DNA of 63,811 bases, the filler included, from Octopus bimaculoides (taxonomy: Eukaryota), in NCBI RefSeq assembly GCF_001194135.2. It is 8 parts of 7 records of this genome, joined end to end, with 100 filler letters (N's around TTAATTAATTAA, not from the genome) between each part and the next. Parts side by side here need not be neighbours in the genome. Positions count along the whole stretch, not along the records: positions 1 to 5,297 come from NC_068994.1; positions 5,398 to 8,943 come from NC_068982.1; positions 9,044 to 17,974 come from NC_068983.1; 5 more parts are not named here. One strand, given 5' to 3'. How positions within the stretch are numbered: the first letter of the stretch is position 1; every line of letters starts with the position of its first letter. Positions 1 through 12,880 of this stretch are shown here, piece by piece. The translations under genes and the position numbers were made by a program. Under the pieces are notes generated by a model. The model had not been told where the DNA came from and ran no database searches. It worked only from the letters and a program-made list of their open reading frames with translations.

Positions 1-262
1 GCATTGAACTGCATATTATTTTGCTCTGCCCACTCATATATTGCATTTAGGTCATTCTGCAGGCTTACAATATCATCAGGATTCTTTATTGCCTGAGATA
101 TCTTTGTGTCATCAGCATAGCAAGTGACAGTGGCTCTCCGAGTGACCATGGGCATGTCCAGAAGGGCCACTATGAACATTAGTGGCCCCAGAACAGTTCC
201 TTGTGGAACACCGCTCAATATTTGTGTTTCCCTAGATAGTATTTGGTGGACGGTATGTTGAG
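1..262 (-). mobile_element. CR1/L2/Jockey-type LINE reverse transcriptase fragment (degenerate)
   Basis: Minus-strand translation reads SGVPQGTVLGPLMFIVALLDMP...CYADDTKISQAIKNPDD, i.e. the GVPQG and YADD RT motifs in CR1-group style. Stops follow; the fragment runs off the window edge. Confidence 0.8.
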
Positions 263-354
263 CATACAACTACATCAATTTGTTTTATGTGTACTATTAA
301 AGTATCACATACAGAGTTTGAGTGTGATAGTAGTAGTAGGAGTGTGACATCTGC

Positions 355-890
355 TCGGATGTACATATATTATATATATATATATATGCATATATATATG
401 TATATATATGCATATATATATATGCATATGTACATGTATATATATACACACACGCATATATATATACATACATACATACATACATAGATAAATAGATATA
501 GATATATGCACGCATATATATATATATATACATAGATTGAGAGAGAGATATGTATTCATATTCTTATATATATAGATATAGATATATATGTGCGTGTGAG
601 TGTGTGTGTGTGTGTGTATGTGTGTGTGCGTGTGCGTGTGTGTGTGCGTGTGTGTGTACATAAGTACACGTATAAATATATATGTGTGTTTATGCGCGTG
701 GCTATGTCTCACTTTGCTCTTGAGGCGTATTTGAATACATATACATACATAAACGCATAGTTAGTCGCATAAAAACAGATGGACGATCATACATACTTTG
801 TATACATTTAAGCACCATATATATGCATGTATGTATATATGTATGTACGTATGTATGTATGTATGCATACATGTATGTACGTGTGTGTGT
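355..890. repeat. Compound TA/CA/TG/TATG microsatellite mosaic
   Basis: Visible simple repeats; source of the YIYI/HTHT/CVCV ORFs. Confidence 0.9.
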
Positions 891-894
891 ATGT

Positions 895-1108
895 TTGTGT
901 GTCTGTGTTTGCCCCCACCCAGCATCGCTTGACTATTCTGTTGTTTTTACCTCCACGTATCTAGCGGTCCGGCAAAAGAAACCGATAGAATTAGTACTAG
1001 GCTAACAAAGTGTATGTCCTGGGGTCGATTTCCTCGACTAAAAGGCGGTGCTCCAGCATCGCCGCAGTCAAATGACTGAAACAAATAAAAGAGTAAAAGA
1101 ATAAAAAG
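895..1108 (+). mobile_element. SINE family A (octopus-type tRNA SINE), 3' half
   Basis: Matches the other copies in the window: ...cggcaaaagaaaccgatagaa...cctggggtcgattt..cgactaaaaggcggtgctccagcat.gccgcagtcaaatgactgaaac. Confidence 0.85.
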
Positions 1109-1574
1109 AGTATTTGATTACACGCGATGGTGAGCACATTTGTTTCCATATATCTCAACCGAAGTACATAAAAAAAAAAACCACCATCGGTTATATATCA
1201 TGGACTTACCATGCGGTTCGACAATTTGTGATCTCTTTGCTGGAACAGTTAATTACTATTAGTATTTTAGTTTGAATGATTGTGTATTCCTCAGACGCCA
1301 TTGTCTAGACTCAACTTGACAATATGCGTGAGAAGGAGGAGAAATTTTAAAAAATGCCTGCAATACATCAATTTAATGTCACTGTAATTACTTAGTAACA
1401 AATTTTATCACGACCGTTTGCACAATTTACCGTGCCGAGAAGGAATGGTCTGTTTTCAAATATATTTTCATAATTATGCATATATACACATGCACACACA
1501 AACACACACTTGTTGTGTGTATGTGCGTTGTGTGTCATTGTGTATGTATGTGTACAAGTAAATTAAGGCGTTTT

Positions 1575-1785
1575 TATCTGTTTGTCCACCACTGCCACTT
1601 CACAACCCGTGTTGGTGTGGTTACGTCCCCGTAACTTTAGCGGTTCGGCAAAAGAGACCGATAGAATAAGAACCAGGCTTTAAAAAATAAATCCCGGCAG
1701 TCGATGATTTTTTCGACTAAATCACTTCAAAGCAGTGCTACAGCATGGTCACAGTCAAATAACTGAAACACGTAAAAGATATACG
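1575..1785 (+). mobile_element. SINE family A, 3' half
   Basis: gttggtgtggttacgtccccgtaactttagcggttcggcaaaagagaccgatagaataag...gcatggtcacagtcaaataactgaaac; same body as the copies at 53104 and 55392. Confidence 0.85.
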
Positions 1786-2414
1786 ATATATATGTGCGTA
1801 TATGTAGAATTACGTAAGGAGGACAGTTCCTTTCTATCCTAAATGCTAATCCCCTTTTCAGCACGTTGTGTTCTACCAATCTGATGTTTATAGCTAGGGG
1901 AGACTTCTCTGTGTAGAGTTAAAGACCAATGACTTTAGCCGAAGCTACGGCTATTCTTTCAGAATTCCTTTCTTCAAACTAATTTACGCTTATACTCTTC
2001 CTACTTTTTAAAAATGTTACTGGTTTAACTTCATTTGGCACAGGTTTCTAGCATGCTCAGCGACCATTTAGAGTTTCTCTCTTTGGCACAGAACTGTCTG
2101 ATATTTAATAATTATATGTCTTTTTTTTCTCAGCTTTATGTATTGTTGTTTATTTGTGATTTGTCGTTGTATTTTCAGACCGTTCTTTACATTTTATCTA
2201 CACACACTTAAGTACACTAATTTTATTTAGTTTTATTTGTTATTTCTGAAAGAAATTTGCTGCACATTATGTTTTTCTATTGAATCATTGGGGAAAGCAA
2301 TTTGATTTGAAGTAACAATAAACTTGATATATTTTCTCTCTCTCTCTCTCTCTGGCTATATTTCTCATGCCTGCATATCCGTCTACCTCTCAACACTACC
2401 GCGCTCTCTCTCTT

Positions 2415-2463
<49 letters not shown>

Positions 2464-2784
2464 CTCGCCCTTCCGCTCACTCCATCTTTATCATCCTCTG
2501 CATGTATATGTGGATGAGAATTTACACACACAACCACCCACCCAAAACACACACACANNNNNNNNNNNNNNNNNNNNNNNNNNNNNNNNNNNNNNNNNNN
2601 NNNNNNNNNNNNNNNNNNNNNNNNNNNNNNNNNNNNNNNNNNNNNNNNNNNNNNNNNNNNNNNNNNNNNNNNNNNNNNNNNNNNNNNNNNNNNNNNNNNN
2701 NNNNNNNNNNNNNNNNNNNNNNNNNNNNNNNNNNNNNNNNNNNNNNNNNNNNNNNNNNNNNNNNNNNNNNNNNNNNNNNNNNNN

Positions 2785-2885
<101 letters not shown>

Positions 2886-5258
2886 TGTATGAATGAATGT
2901 ATATTCATTACACACATATTCTCGAATATTATTTATATATACGTAAGCATATATATATGCATACACATATTATGCACATACGAAGACATATGCATATATA
3001 CGTACATGCAAATATACGTACATTCAGAATTACGTAATCGCACAGCTAGTTAACTGCGCAATGGAATACCAAATATTAGAACGTACACTAAGAAGTCAAG
3101 ATAGATCTCCAATTCGTTTAACGAACTCCTACAGTAACCATACACAACTTTTAATATGAAAATGATGAGGACATATCTGATGCTATATCCGTATACTGGA
3201 TAAACATAACTAACTACGCTTTAAATATCTTTATGTAACAATTTGTTTTTATTCGCCATTAAACGACAGCAAAAATTTAAAAAATACCTTCTGAACCTCT
3301 AGTAGCAAGATGCCTTTATTTGTATTATAAAGTGATATTTTAATTACGTTCCTTTGGCTACGCTTCATCTTTCGTGTCAGAGAATAATACCCTAACACCA
3401 ACCATCCTTCACACCTCTACACAATGCAAATACAGTTGGTATTCGTTCATATTATACACAGAACTGTAAAGACTTCCATCTGGCAGTCGCACATCCCTTC
3501 ACGGAAATGTTCCATCGAATTTTTATTTATTTATTTTTTTAATTTCTTTTGCTTCTGACATATTACACCTCTATCAGCTCATCTGATAAAACAGGAACGC
3601 GCTGCCATATCGCCCAACTGTAGCTCAATGGAAAATATTTGTCCACTGCTTTTCTTACTAAATTGTGCCTCACGTCCAAGATCCTACATTGTATAAAATA
3701 CTTACATGTTTATCGTCTGATCATAATCTGCATCTCACTTTCCAATATTTTATTGTATTTCATAGTTACTGACGAATCTATGTTTTACTGACGGACTATA
3801 TGAGTTATATTGCTAGCCATAACGTGTATTGATAACGATATTAAGAAAATATTAAGGGAATATTAGATAGGAATAAAGTAGTGTACCATTGCATGTAGTG
3901 GCTAGTAAGTCATTGCTATACAAAAAGAAGAGTGAGAGATAAAACTGAGCCGCGGCCCACGACGGCTTTGTTAAGTGTAGTATCAGAATGTACTCTGTCA
4001 ATATGCAACGTAGTATTCATACCTAACTGGAAGAACCAGATCCAAGAAACGTGAGACACGCGACATTCACAAATAGGAAGTTCCGACAGAAGTTTTGCAT
4101 ATGAAACAAGGTTGTTAATTTTGATGAACTGGACAACAATATTTCTCTCACAAAATTTCTCCAAGTCCAGAGTCCATATGCATCTGGCAGACGAGAGTAG
4201 ATCAGCAGTGTATCTGAGTTTATGAGATCTAGACAAGTAGCCATTAAGAACACATAGAGAATCAAGGTGTTAGAGGACGTCGTTTTTAATAACTTCCTCT
4301 GTTTGCTTAGAGAGAAAAGGACAGCATAGAGTGTCATTCACCAGGGTCACAGAAGTGGCTCTTTCTGAAAATAAGGCACATTATAGTGATTCCAAAAGAG
4401 ATAAAATTATTGTTGAGAGCAACACATCGAACATTCAATAAAGTTCAATTTGCAGAGAATAGCAGCCTCGACTTCAATGGGGAAAAGTACATGAATCTTT
4501 CTTGCAGTTCGTAATATATCTTCCTAAGCATTTGAAGTTTTTTTCAGAAGTACATTTAAACATTCGTGTATGTGTATGTTTGTGCATGTATGTATATCTG
4601 TGTGTATTTATATGTGTGTATATTTGTGGGAATATGCGTGTGGGAATATGTAAATATATATAGGTATGTGGTTTATTTTTTTAAATTTACGTATGTGCAT
4701 ATGTATTTCCACGCATATGTTTGCGTGTGTCCATTCGTAGGAAAATGTAAATGTGTATGATTTAATGTTAGTATCTGAGTGTAATTATGTATGTGTGTGT
4801 ATGTGCGCAAGTGTATATATGTGTATAGACATCAAAATATAAAATACTAGAAAGGAAAGATCAGATAGTGTTGACGTTGCTAGTGGTAAACAAGATTAAA
4901 TCAGCAGACATAAATACTATAACACATCAGCCATTCTCGAAATTTAGTTTCAGGGCATGTAGAAATTATTCTCAAATGTTAAAGTTCAAAATGATTCGGA
5001 AAATTTCGCTAAATATTACGTTTGAAAAATTGAGATATAACAATTGTTAGAAACACATCAGATGCAGTGGGGTTCGATACATATTTCAATTGTAAAAGTA
5101 TTGATCTTTCAGAAACGCTTCACTATCAAAACCAGAGTAAAAGAATTACGCTCTGTAGTTTACCTTTTTCATACATGGAGTGTGTTAAAATGCCAGTTAA
5201 TGATATTTGTATTTTTATTCTTTTTGTGTATGTTATCTATCTATCTATCTATCTATCT

Positions 5259-5297
<39 letters not shown>

Positions 5298-5341
5298 NNN
5301 NNNNNNNNNNNNNNNNNNNNNNNNNNNNNNNNNNNNNNNNN

Positions 5342-5353
5342 TTAATTAATTAA
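5342..5353. other. Assembly linker TTAATTAATTAA inside an N gap (also 8988, 18019, 30612, 46258, 51159, 61208)
   Basis: An identical palindromic 12-mer with stops in all six frames, always embedded between N runs. It is artificial, not genomic. Confidence 0.95.
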
Positions 5354-5514
5354 NNNNNNNNNNNNNNNNNNNNNNNNNNNNNNNNNNNNNNNNNNNNATA
5401 CATTCAATTAACGGTTAAAATAGTCTCATTAAGGGACAGTAATATGCATTTTCAAAATTTTCTTTTGAATATTTATAAACCAAGATATATATATATATAT
5501 ATATATATATATCC

Positions 5515-5700
5515 TGTCTGCCACAGCAGCACTGATGCCAAGTAAAAAGCACTCAGTACACTCGGTGGAATGGTTGATGTTAGGAAGGGCATCCAGCCAT
5601 AGAAACCATGCCAGAACAGATAACGGAGCCTCGTGCGACACCTCGCTTTACCAGCTCCGGTCAAACCATCCAATCCATGCCAGCATGGAAAACGGACATT
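5515..5700 (+). mobile_element. RTE-LINE 3' tail fragment
   Basis: ttaggaagggcatccagcc.tagaaacc...ggtcaaacc.tccaa.ccatgccagcatggaaaacggac; same as the 3' terminus of the RTE copy at ~52790-52920. Confidence 0.8.
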
Positions 5701-6526
5701 AATATATATATTATCAACTGCACATACTTAATCCCCATGTCTTGTCTGTTTGCTGGTAGGCAGTGATTTGGCATGGTGGAAATACACCTTCAAAACCCTG
5801 TGTGTTAAAACACCTTAAAGTCATGGACAGGCAGGACAACTCACCCCAAATCCCATTCAAGAGTAATGGACATCAATGCTTCACCATTTTCATGGCTTAT
5901 CAACATCACATATCCAAACTGAATCGCAGGTGAATTGTACCACTAGTACGCAACTTATATACGCATAGTGTAAAAACTATGTACTATATATATATTTGTA
6001 TGTATATATATTGTATTAAGTTATATTATGTATGTGTGTTTATTAGAAATGGACAGAAGGTTCCTGCTGATTCTTGTGTAACTAACTACCAAAACTGTCT
6101 CAAAATTAATTAAGCGGTATCAACGTTTTAGCTGAAGTAAATCAACTTATTATTGTCCAATAGAATGTATTTTCCGTAATTGCATTTATTTCCTCACAAT
6201 GAATTTATTTCACCAGACTAAACAATTTTGTATCACTAAAAGCGTTGGTTAACTGCCAAACTCAGAGTTCATAATCTAAAAATAGACTCATTAAGTCTTT
6301 GATATTTATTTTACGATTTGCTTATTTTCTCTTTAGGACAGCCAGCCAGCCAGCCAGACACATCAATGACTGTTCACCTGACATAGGAGGAATGCAATTT
6401 CTATGGTACATAGGGAGTGAATGGGTCTCATTCATTAGTGATTAGTATAAAGTAGGATTCCTTTCAAGATAACAATGCTATATATTATATCTTAGGGTTT
6501 AGCTGTCTTCTCACATAATAGCAAAA

Positions 6527-6692
6527 ACCCTTTCTACTATGGGCACAAGGCCTGGAATTTTGGGGAGGGGCTAATTCAATTACATCGACCCCAGTATTCA
6601 ACCAGTACTTATTTTATTGATCCCAAAAGGATGAAAGGCAAAGCTGACCCTAGCGGATGGATGAAATGCTGCTAAGCATTTTACCTGGCTTA
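6527..6692 (-). mobile_element. SINE family B (central tttcatcctttcggggtcgataaaataagtacc domain)
   Basis: Reverse complement of the family B copies at 24249-24610, including the ccctccccaaaattccaggccttgtgcc 3' part. Confidence 0.75.
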
Positions 6693-6694
6693 CT

Positions 6695-7062
6695 CTATTA
6701 CTTGTTTCAGTCATTTGACTGCAGCCATGCTGGAGCACCACCTTTAGTTGAGCAAATCAGCCCCAGAACTTATTCTTTGTAAGCCTAGTACTTATTCTAT
6801 CAGTCTCTTTTGCCGAACCGCTAAGNNNNNNNNNNAGAACTTATTCTTTGTAAGCCTAGTACTTATTCTATCAGTCTCTTTTGCCGAACCGCTAAGCTAC
6901 GAGGACGGGATTCTTTCAGTTTCCGTCTACCAAATCCACTCAAGGCTTTGGTCGGCCCAAGGCTATAGTAAAAGATACTTGCCCAAGGTGCCACACAGTT
7001 GGGCTGAACCCAGAACCATGTGGTTGGTAAGCAAGCTACTTACCACACAGCCTCTCCTGCGC
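6695..7062 (-). mobile_element. SINE family A, near full length (split by a 10-N gap with overlapping ends)
   Basis: Reverse complement of ggctgtgtggtaagtagcttgcttaccaaccacatggttc...gactaaaggcggtgctccagcatggc. Confidence 0.85.
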
Positions 7063-7138
7063 CTATACTTGCTAACAATTCTGCCAGCGCACTGACTTCT
7101 CACATTATAGCAATAATAAAAATAAAAATTCAGGAAGT

Positions 7139-7330
7139 TTAACCCTTTGGCATTTAAACTGACATATCTGGCATAGATATTTTATATGTTTTATGTTCAA
7201 CCTGTCCATATCTGACTTCTCACACCTACTCTACAGTGCCATTCTAAAAACGAACAGTCACATCATTGAAATCTCAAAGCTACAAAATAATGCATGATTA
7301 ATTCAACACAATGTGAATAAATGGACATAA
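7139..7330 (+). mobile_element. Putative piggyBac-type MITE left end (TTAA|CCCTTT)
   Basis: Begins ttaaccctttggcatttaaac, a TTAA+CCC terminus. I recognise it as a common octopus non-autonomous element. No matching right end was found. Confidence 0.4.
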
Positions 7331-7551
7331 CAGTCTTGAAACAAGATGAGGATTTTAATGACAAGTTTGTATTAAAGTTAGGTGATGAGTACATAAAAAC
7401 AAGATGTTGAATCAGCAAAAAGCAATGTTTAGGAACATTGAAAGCTAAACGGTAAAAAGAAAAATGGAACAAGACATGATTCTAAAGGGAAGAGTTGAAA
7501 TAGTTTTCCTTCCTTTCTTTCAATATACAATGCCATTCGATATCAATTAAT

Positions 7552-8943
7552 CATCATCATCACAGTCGTTTAACGTCCGCTTTCCATGCTATCATGGGTT
7601 GGACAATTTGACTGAGGACTGGTGAAACCAGATGGCTACACCAGGCTCCAATCTGATTTGGCAGAGTTTCTACGGCTGGATGCCCTTCCTAACGCCAAAC
7701 ACGCAGAGAGTGTAGTGGGTGCTTTTATGTGTCACCCGCATAAAGGTCAGTCAAGCGGTACTAGCAACGGCCATGCTCAAGATGTTGTATTTTATGTGCC
7801 ACCTGCACAAGAGCCAGTCCAGGGGCACTGGCAACGATCTCGATCGAAAATCCTACGAAGGCCAGTCAGGCGGTACTGGCAATGGCCACGCTCAAAATAG
7901 TGTATTTTATGTGCCACCCGCACAAGAGCCAGTCCAGGGGCACTGGCAACGATCTCACTCGAAAGTCCTTAGACATGCCGCGGGCACAAGTGCCAGAAAG
8001 GCGATGCTGGGCACAGATGCCATAACAAATTCGCTTTCGCTTGCCCCAATAAGTCTTCGCAAGCTGAGTTTTGTGTCCAATTTAACTCGATTTCGATTTC
8101 ACTTGCCTTANNNNNNNNNNNNNNNNNNNNNNNNNNNNNNNNNNNNNNNNNNNNNNNNNNNNNAGCAACGGCCATGCTCAAGATGTTGTATTTTATGTGC
8201 CACCTGCACAAGAGCCAGTCCAGGGGCACTGGCAACGATCTCGATCGAAAATCCTACGAAGGCCAGTCAGGCGGTACTGGCAATGGCCACGCTCAAAATG
8301 GTGTATTTTATGTGTCACATCTGCTACATACAAAAACTAACTTCCTAGTTAACCTTCCTTTGATATTGCTGCACTTCTTATGTGTCCATAGCTTGCACTG
8401 GGTGCATCTTATAGGGTTTCTACTTACGCCTTTGCTACAGATCGAGCAGGGCCATCAACCTGAAGGGGCTTGTGTGTTGTCTACCTTCCTACTTATTAGG
8501 ACTTTGGTTTTAGCTAGGTTGACTCTAAGGCCCTTTGACTTTAGTCTTTGCTTCCACACCTGAAACTTCTCCTCTAGTTCTGATAGTGACTCAGCAATTC
8601 GTGCAAGGTCATCAGCATACAGGAGCTCCCAGGGGCATTCTGTTTTGAATTCCTCTGTTATTGCCTGGAGGACTATGATAAATAGGAGAGGGCTGAGAAC
8701 TGAACCTTGGTGGACCCCTACCTCTACCCGGAGTTCTTCACTGTACTCATTGCCAACTCTCACCTTACTGATAGCGTCTCTGTACATGGCTCGCATAGCT
8801 CTCACTAACCATTCTTCTATCCCTAGATTCCTCAATGACCACCAGATAAGGGATCGGGGGACCCTGTCAAAGGCTTTCTCCATATCAATGAAAGCCAGGT
8901 ACAGAGGTTTATCTTTGGCTAGGTATTTCTCCTGCAACTGCCT
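7552..8943 (-). mobile_element. RTE-clade LINE 3' portion: RT, PHD-like finger, internally deleted, 3' UTR with tandem units and (GAT)n tail
   Basis: ORF 8455-8937: YLAFIDMEKAFDRVPR...GVHQGSVLSPLLF...LLYADDL...GLRVNLAKTKV. This is followed by WPCSICSKGVSRNPIRCTQCKLWTHKKC...CSRC. The tail at 7552-7730 is the reverse complement of ...ggaaagcggacgttaaacg(atg)n. Confidence 0.92.
7735..8312. repeat. Alternating ~50-65 bp tandem units inside the RTE 3' UTR
   Basis: Unit aaggccagtcaggcggtactggcaatggccacgctcaaaat.gtgtattttatgtgcc alternates with aagagccagtccaggggcactggcaacgatctc. Segment 8164-8312 nearly duplicates 7764-7920 across a gap. Confidence 0.8.
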
Positions 8944-9042
8944 NNNNNNNNNNNNNNNNNNNNNNNNNNNNNNNNNNNNNNNNNNNNTTAATTAATTAAN
9001 NNNNNNNNNNNNNNNNNNNNNNNNNNNNNNNNNNNNNNNNNN

Positions 9043-12000
9043 NTTTGGTGCAAATCTCACTCAGCTTGCGCTCCACAGACTTCCATCTTTTCGTAAACAT
9101 ATCCCGTGACAGGCACTTTCTCTCCAGCTTGATCTTACTACTGAGGTGGTAACTAAAAAAGTTAACCAACCCCTGGCCGGAGAGAAAGGTACCTGTCACT
9201 ATACCTTTCACACGCGTCTTCCATACTGTTTCTTTCAGTATGGCTACTACGCAGAAAAAAACAGGCCTTCCTTTCCCTGTTAAGGAAAGGAGATGGTACA
9301 GTCTCGATGATAGGAAGAGTACAGCTATCAGCTGAGACTATCACTGACAACAGTTGTTCTGCAAAGGCTATCAGTCCCGACAACTCCAAACAGTCCACAA
9401 AGGTGTGCAAGACGATTTCCCTATCTTGCCCACATCTCGGGCATGTCGGCGAGACGGCACTTCCGTGCCTTGGCAGCTTGTCGCGAACAGGTAACGCCGC
9501 TCGGAAACATTGCCAAGCCAGAGATTTCTGGTAATTATCCAGATACCCCGGCCCGAACGTTCTCCTAAACAGGCTGACCAACTGACTTTCATCNNNNNNN
9601 NNNNNNNNNNNNNNNNNNNNNNNNNNNNNNNNNNNNNNNNNNNNNNNNNNNNNNNNNNNNNNNNNNNNNNNNNNNNNNNNNNNNNNNNNNNNNNNNNNNN
9701 NNNNNNNNNNNNNNNNNNNNNNNNNNNNNNNNNNNNNNNNNNNNNNNNNNNNNNNNNNNNNNNNNNNNNNNNNNNNNNNNNNNNNNNNNNNNNNNNNNNN
9801 NNNNNNNNNNNNNNNNNNNNNNNNNNNNNNNNNNNNNNNNNNNNNNNNNNNNNNNNNNNNNNNNNNNNNNNNNNNNNNNNNNNNNNNNNNNNNNNNNNNN
9901 NNNNNNNNNNNNNNNNNNNNNNNNNNNNNNNNNNNNNNNNNNNNNNNNNNNNNNNNNNNNNNNNNNNNNNNNNNNNNNNNNNNNNNNNNNNNNNNNNNNN
10001 NNNNNNNNNNNNNNNNNNNNNNNNNNNNNNNNNNNNNNNNNNNNNNNNNNNNNNNNNNNNNNNNNNNNNNNNNNNNNNNNNNNNNNNNNNNNNNNNNNNN
10101 NNNNNNNNNNNNNNNNNNNNNNNNNNNNNNNNNNNNNNNNNNNNNNNNNNNNNNNNNNNNNNNNNNNNNNNNNNNNNNNNNNNNNNNNNNNNNNNNNNNN
10201 NNNNNNNNNNNNNNNNNNNNNNNNNNNNNNNNNNNNNNNNNNNNNNNNNNNNNNNNNNNNNNNNNNNNNNNNNNNNNNNNNNNNNNNNNNNNNNNNNNNN
10301 NNNNNNNNNNNNNNNNNNNNNNNNNNNNNNNNNNNNNNNNNNNNNNNNNNNNNNNNNNNNNNNNNNNNNNNNNNNNNNNNNNNNNNNNNNNNNNNNNNNN
10401 NNNNNNNNNNNNNNNNNNNNNNNNNNNNNNNNNNNNNNNNNNNNNNNNNNNNNNNNNNNNNNNNNNNNNNNNNNNNNNNNNNNNNNNNNNNNNNNNNNNN
10501 NNNNNNNNNNNNNNNNNNNNNNNNNTGGGCCTAAAGTTCCCTATCTCGTCCCCCTTGCTCGGGTCCTTTCTAATCAACGTCACTGCCCCCCGACTCGCAG
10601 ACTTGGGGATTCTCCCATTCTGCTGCCAGTTGGCGTAAACGCTGGTTAGTAGGTGCCCGAACAAGTCTGGCATACTTTTATAAAATTCATAGGGCAGACC
10701 ATCGAGACCCGGTGACTTGTCCCCGGGGCATTCGCCCAGCACCTCGATCACCTCCTCGGCTGTGATTGGCCCTTCACAGCACTCAGCCTTCCTTGCCGAG
10801 AGACGCGGTCCGCCAGTCAGGAAGTCCCTGAAGGCTTCACCATGATCAAGCGTCCCGCCCCTCCGAACAACTCGGCAAAGTGTTCGTGAAGTGTCTCACA
10901 CATCTCGTCCCGTTCTTTGACCGTGCGTCCTTTTTCGATAATAAGAGACCTTATTGTGGCTTCGTTTCCACGCTGGGTTTCTACCGTGCGAACCCATCCG
11001 GCAACGTTAATTCCCTCGCGGCCCAATGCTCTCACTTTAGCCCGGACTCTACACTCCTCATGTTTGGCTTTGAGGTGACGGTCCAATGCCGTTCTTGCTG
11101 CCAGAATGTGGGACGCAGAGCCCGACCTCAGCGCCTCTTCTAAGTTCTTAACTAGCTGCTCTTCTACTCTAGTCCTATCTAGTCTTAGCTGTTTGCTAAA
11201 CCTAATAGACTCGAAACGAATGGCTCTTTTGAGGGCGAACCACCACCGGTTATTAACCACGGTACCGGTTAACGCTCTCTGTACTAACTCCTTAATCCGA
11301 CTACGGTATGCCTCACAAGTCAAAATAGTCTTGTTCAGCTTCCAGTAGCCGGGTCCTCTACTGGTTGTACTATCTACGTCCAACCTACACTTAACCATTC
11401 GATGGTCAGTGTAGGACACTTGGACAAGTTGTGGACAAGTAAAACTAGGCGTATCTATAATTCTTATTACTATCCTATCTAGATAAGACTTGAACCTTCC
11501 GTCGCCACTCATCCAGGTCCACTCTGGCACGTTCGGATGTTCAAGCCTGTAACGGTCTGCCAGCTNNNNNNNNNNGCACGTTCGGATGTTCAAGCCTGTA
11601 ACGGTCTGCCAGCTGAAATCGCTTAAGCAGATGGACGAGGCGTGAGTTCACTTTTCTATCAATCGAGCCGACGCTATCGATGCGAGCGTCTACAATAGCG
11701 TTGAAGTCCCCTAACGTCACGAGAAAGCCCTCTAGGAGCCGAAAAAAGTCAGTTTGGAAACCTCTAGCGCATGGTGCGTAGAGTCCGATCAGCCTGAAGG
11801 CCTTACTGCTGTATGTCACATCAAGGACGACCAGCCCACCTTCAGGGTTCACANNNNNNNNNNCCGATCAGCCTGAAGGCCTTACTGCTGTATGTCACAT
11901 CAAGGACGACCAGCCCACCTTCAGGGTCCACATAGACTGTACTTGTCTGCAGAACCAAGCCATTGCGGATCAGTACCACGACACCCCCTCGTCCCCCGGT

Positions 12001-12189
12001 CTGGCCAGGAGCCATAATTTTCTCATAGCCATTCAGGAGAGGCGAGAAGGTTCGTAGACTGTCCAGCTTGGTCTCTGTAGCAACCATCACATGTATATCG
12101 TGCGATCTGAGGTCGTCGAGGAAACATGCCTGCTTCCACTTCGAACTCAGACCACGCACATTTAAACATCCAATGTTCAGAGAGGCCAT
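9043..12189 (-). mobile_element. L1-clade (Tx1-like) LINE ORF2: APE endonuclease, RT (mostly in the N gap) and zf-RVT/CCHC C-terminus
   Basis: APE motifs MASLNIGCLNVRGL, ATETKL, GLYAP, LGDFNA, YLDRI, SYTDH. RT start KSPGLDGLPYEFYK...GAVTLIRKD..NFRP. C-terminus WQCFRAALPVRDKL...CPRCGQDREIVLHTFVDC. A few frameshifts and assembly overlaps are present. Confidence 0.92.
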
Positions 12190-12437
12190 TTGAAAGAAGA
12201 AAAAGTTCTTACGTTTTGCTGGAGAGGTTGGGGCCGATCTCGTTATACGCGCGTCCGAATACACACGAGGCATATTTTTCGCATTTATATATATGTTCCT
12301 GGAATGTATTACCATATACATGTTTTCAAGTTTAATACTCGTCTGTATAACAATGCTCTTCAAAACGATTAGCGCCATATTCAGCGTGATCTACCTCGAA
12401 TAATTTGAAGGTCCCTTTTCAATATGAACATGACTAA

Positions 12438-12650
12438 AGTGTAGGCTCACGACCATGAGGGTGTGGGTTCCCATCCCAGCCGATAATTTGTAGGTTCCCA
12501 TCCTAGCTCTTGGGTAATTTACTTTATTTCACGTTGCTCCATTCAACTAAGATGAGATCCAGCCTAATTCTTGTGTAGCTCTCTATTTCTCCCCAGCTGT
12601 CACGTCCTGGTTGTTCCACTGGATCAAGGGTGGGGAGGCCGAGAGGCTAT
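12438..12650 (+). mobile_element. Degenerate tRNA-headed SINE (family D, same as 44060-44300)
   Basis: ggctcacgaccatgaggg.gtgggtt.. head and tttatttcacgttgctccattcaact core resemble the reverse complement of 44060-44300. Confidence 0.5.
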
Positions 12651-12744
12651 TTATGGTTAGTCACCAAAACTATTGACTTCAAACAAATGGCAATAACGTC
12701 GTGCATGCTACTTGTCATCCTCGCTTGCAAGAAAAGGATGTAGT

Positions 12745-12880
<136 letters not shown>

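Noticed and set aside
1931-1962. Minus-strand hammerhead-like CUGAAAGA-AU-AGCCG(loop)CGGCU-AAAG-UC
   Set aside because: A stem II-like hairpin is real, but both cores deviate and stem I is only ~3 bp. Not supportable without a family consensus.
3916-4337. Overlapping ~105-aa minus-strand ORFs
   Set aside because: No recognisable protein or transposon motif; possibly an old LINE relic, but this cannot be supported.
6766-6900. Tandem duplications flanking short N gaps (also 11541-11620, 11800-11930, and 7764-7920 vs 8164-8312)
   Set aside because: Identical sequence on both sides of a short N gap is typical of unmerged contig overlaps or haplotype redundancy.
7735-8312. CRISPR-like repeat-spacer array (also 34617-34740)
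   Set aside because: There are no unique spacers and no cas genes, and the context is eukaryotic. The units belong to an RTE 3' UTR and to MULE TIRs.
8988-8999. Recurrent TTAATTAATTAA palindrome as a biological motif (PacI/homeobox/piggyBac site)
   Set aside because: It occurs only inside N runs, so it is an assembly spacer.
12300-12322. miR-1-like TGGAATGTA
   Set aside because: Only the seed-length portion matches; the rest differs from miR-1 and there is no precursor hairpin.
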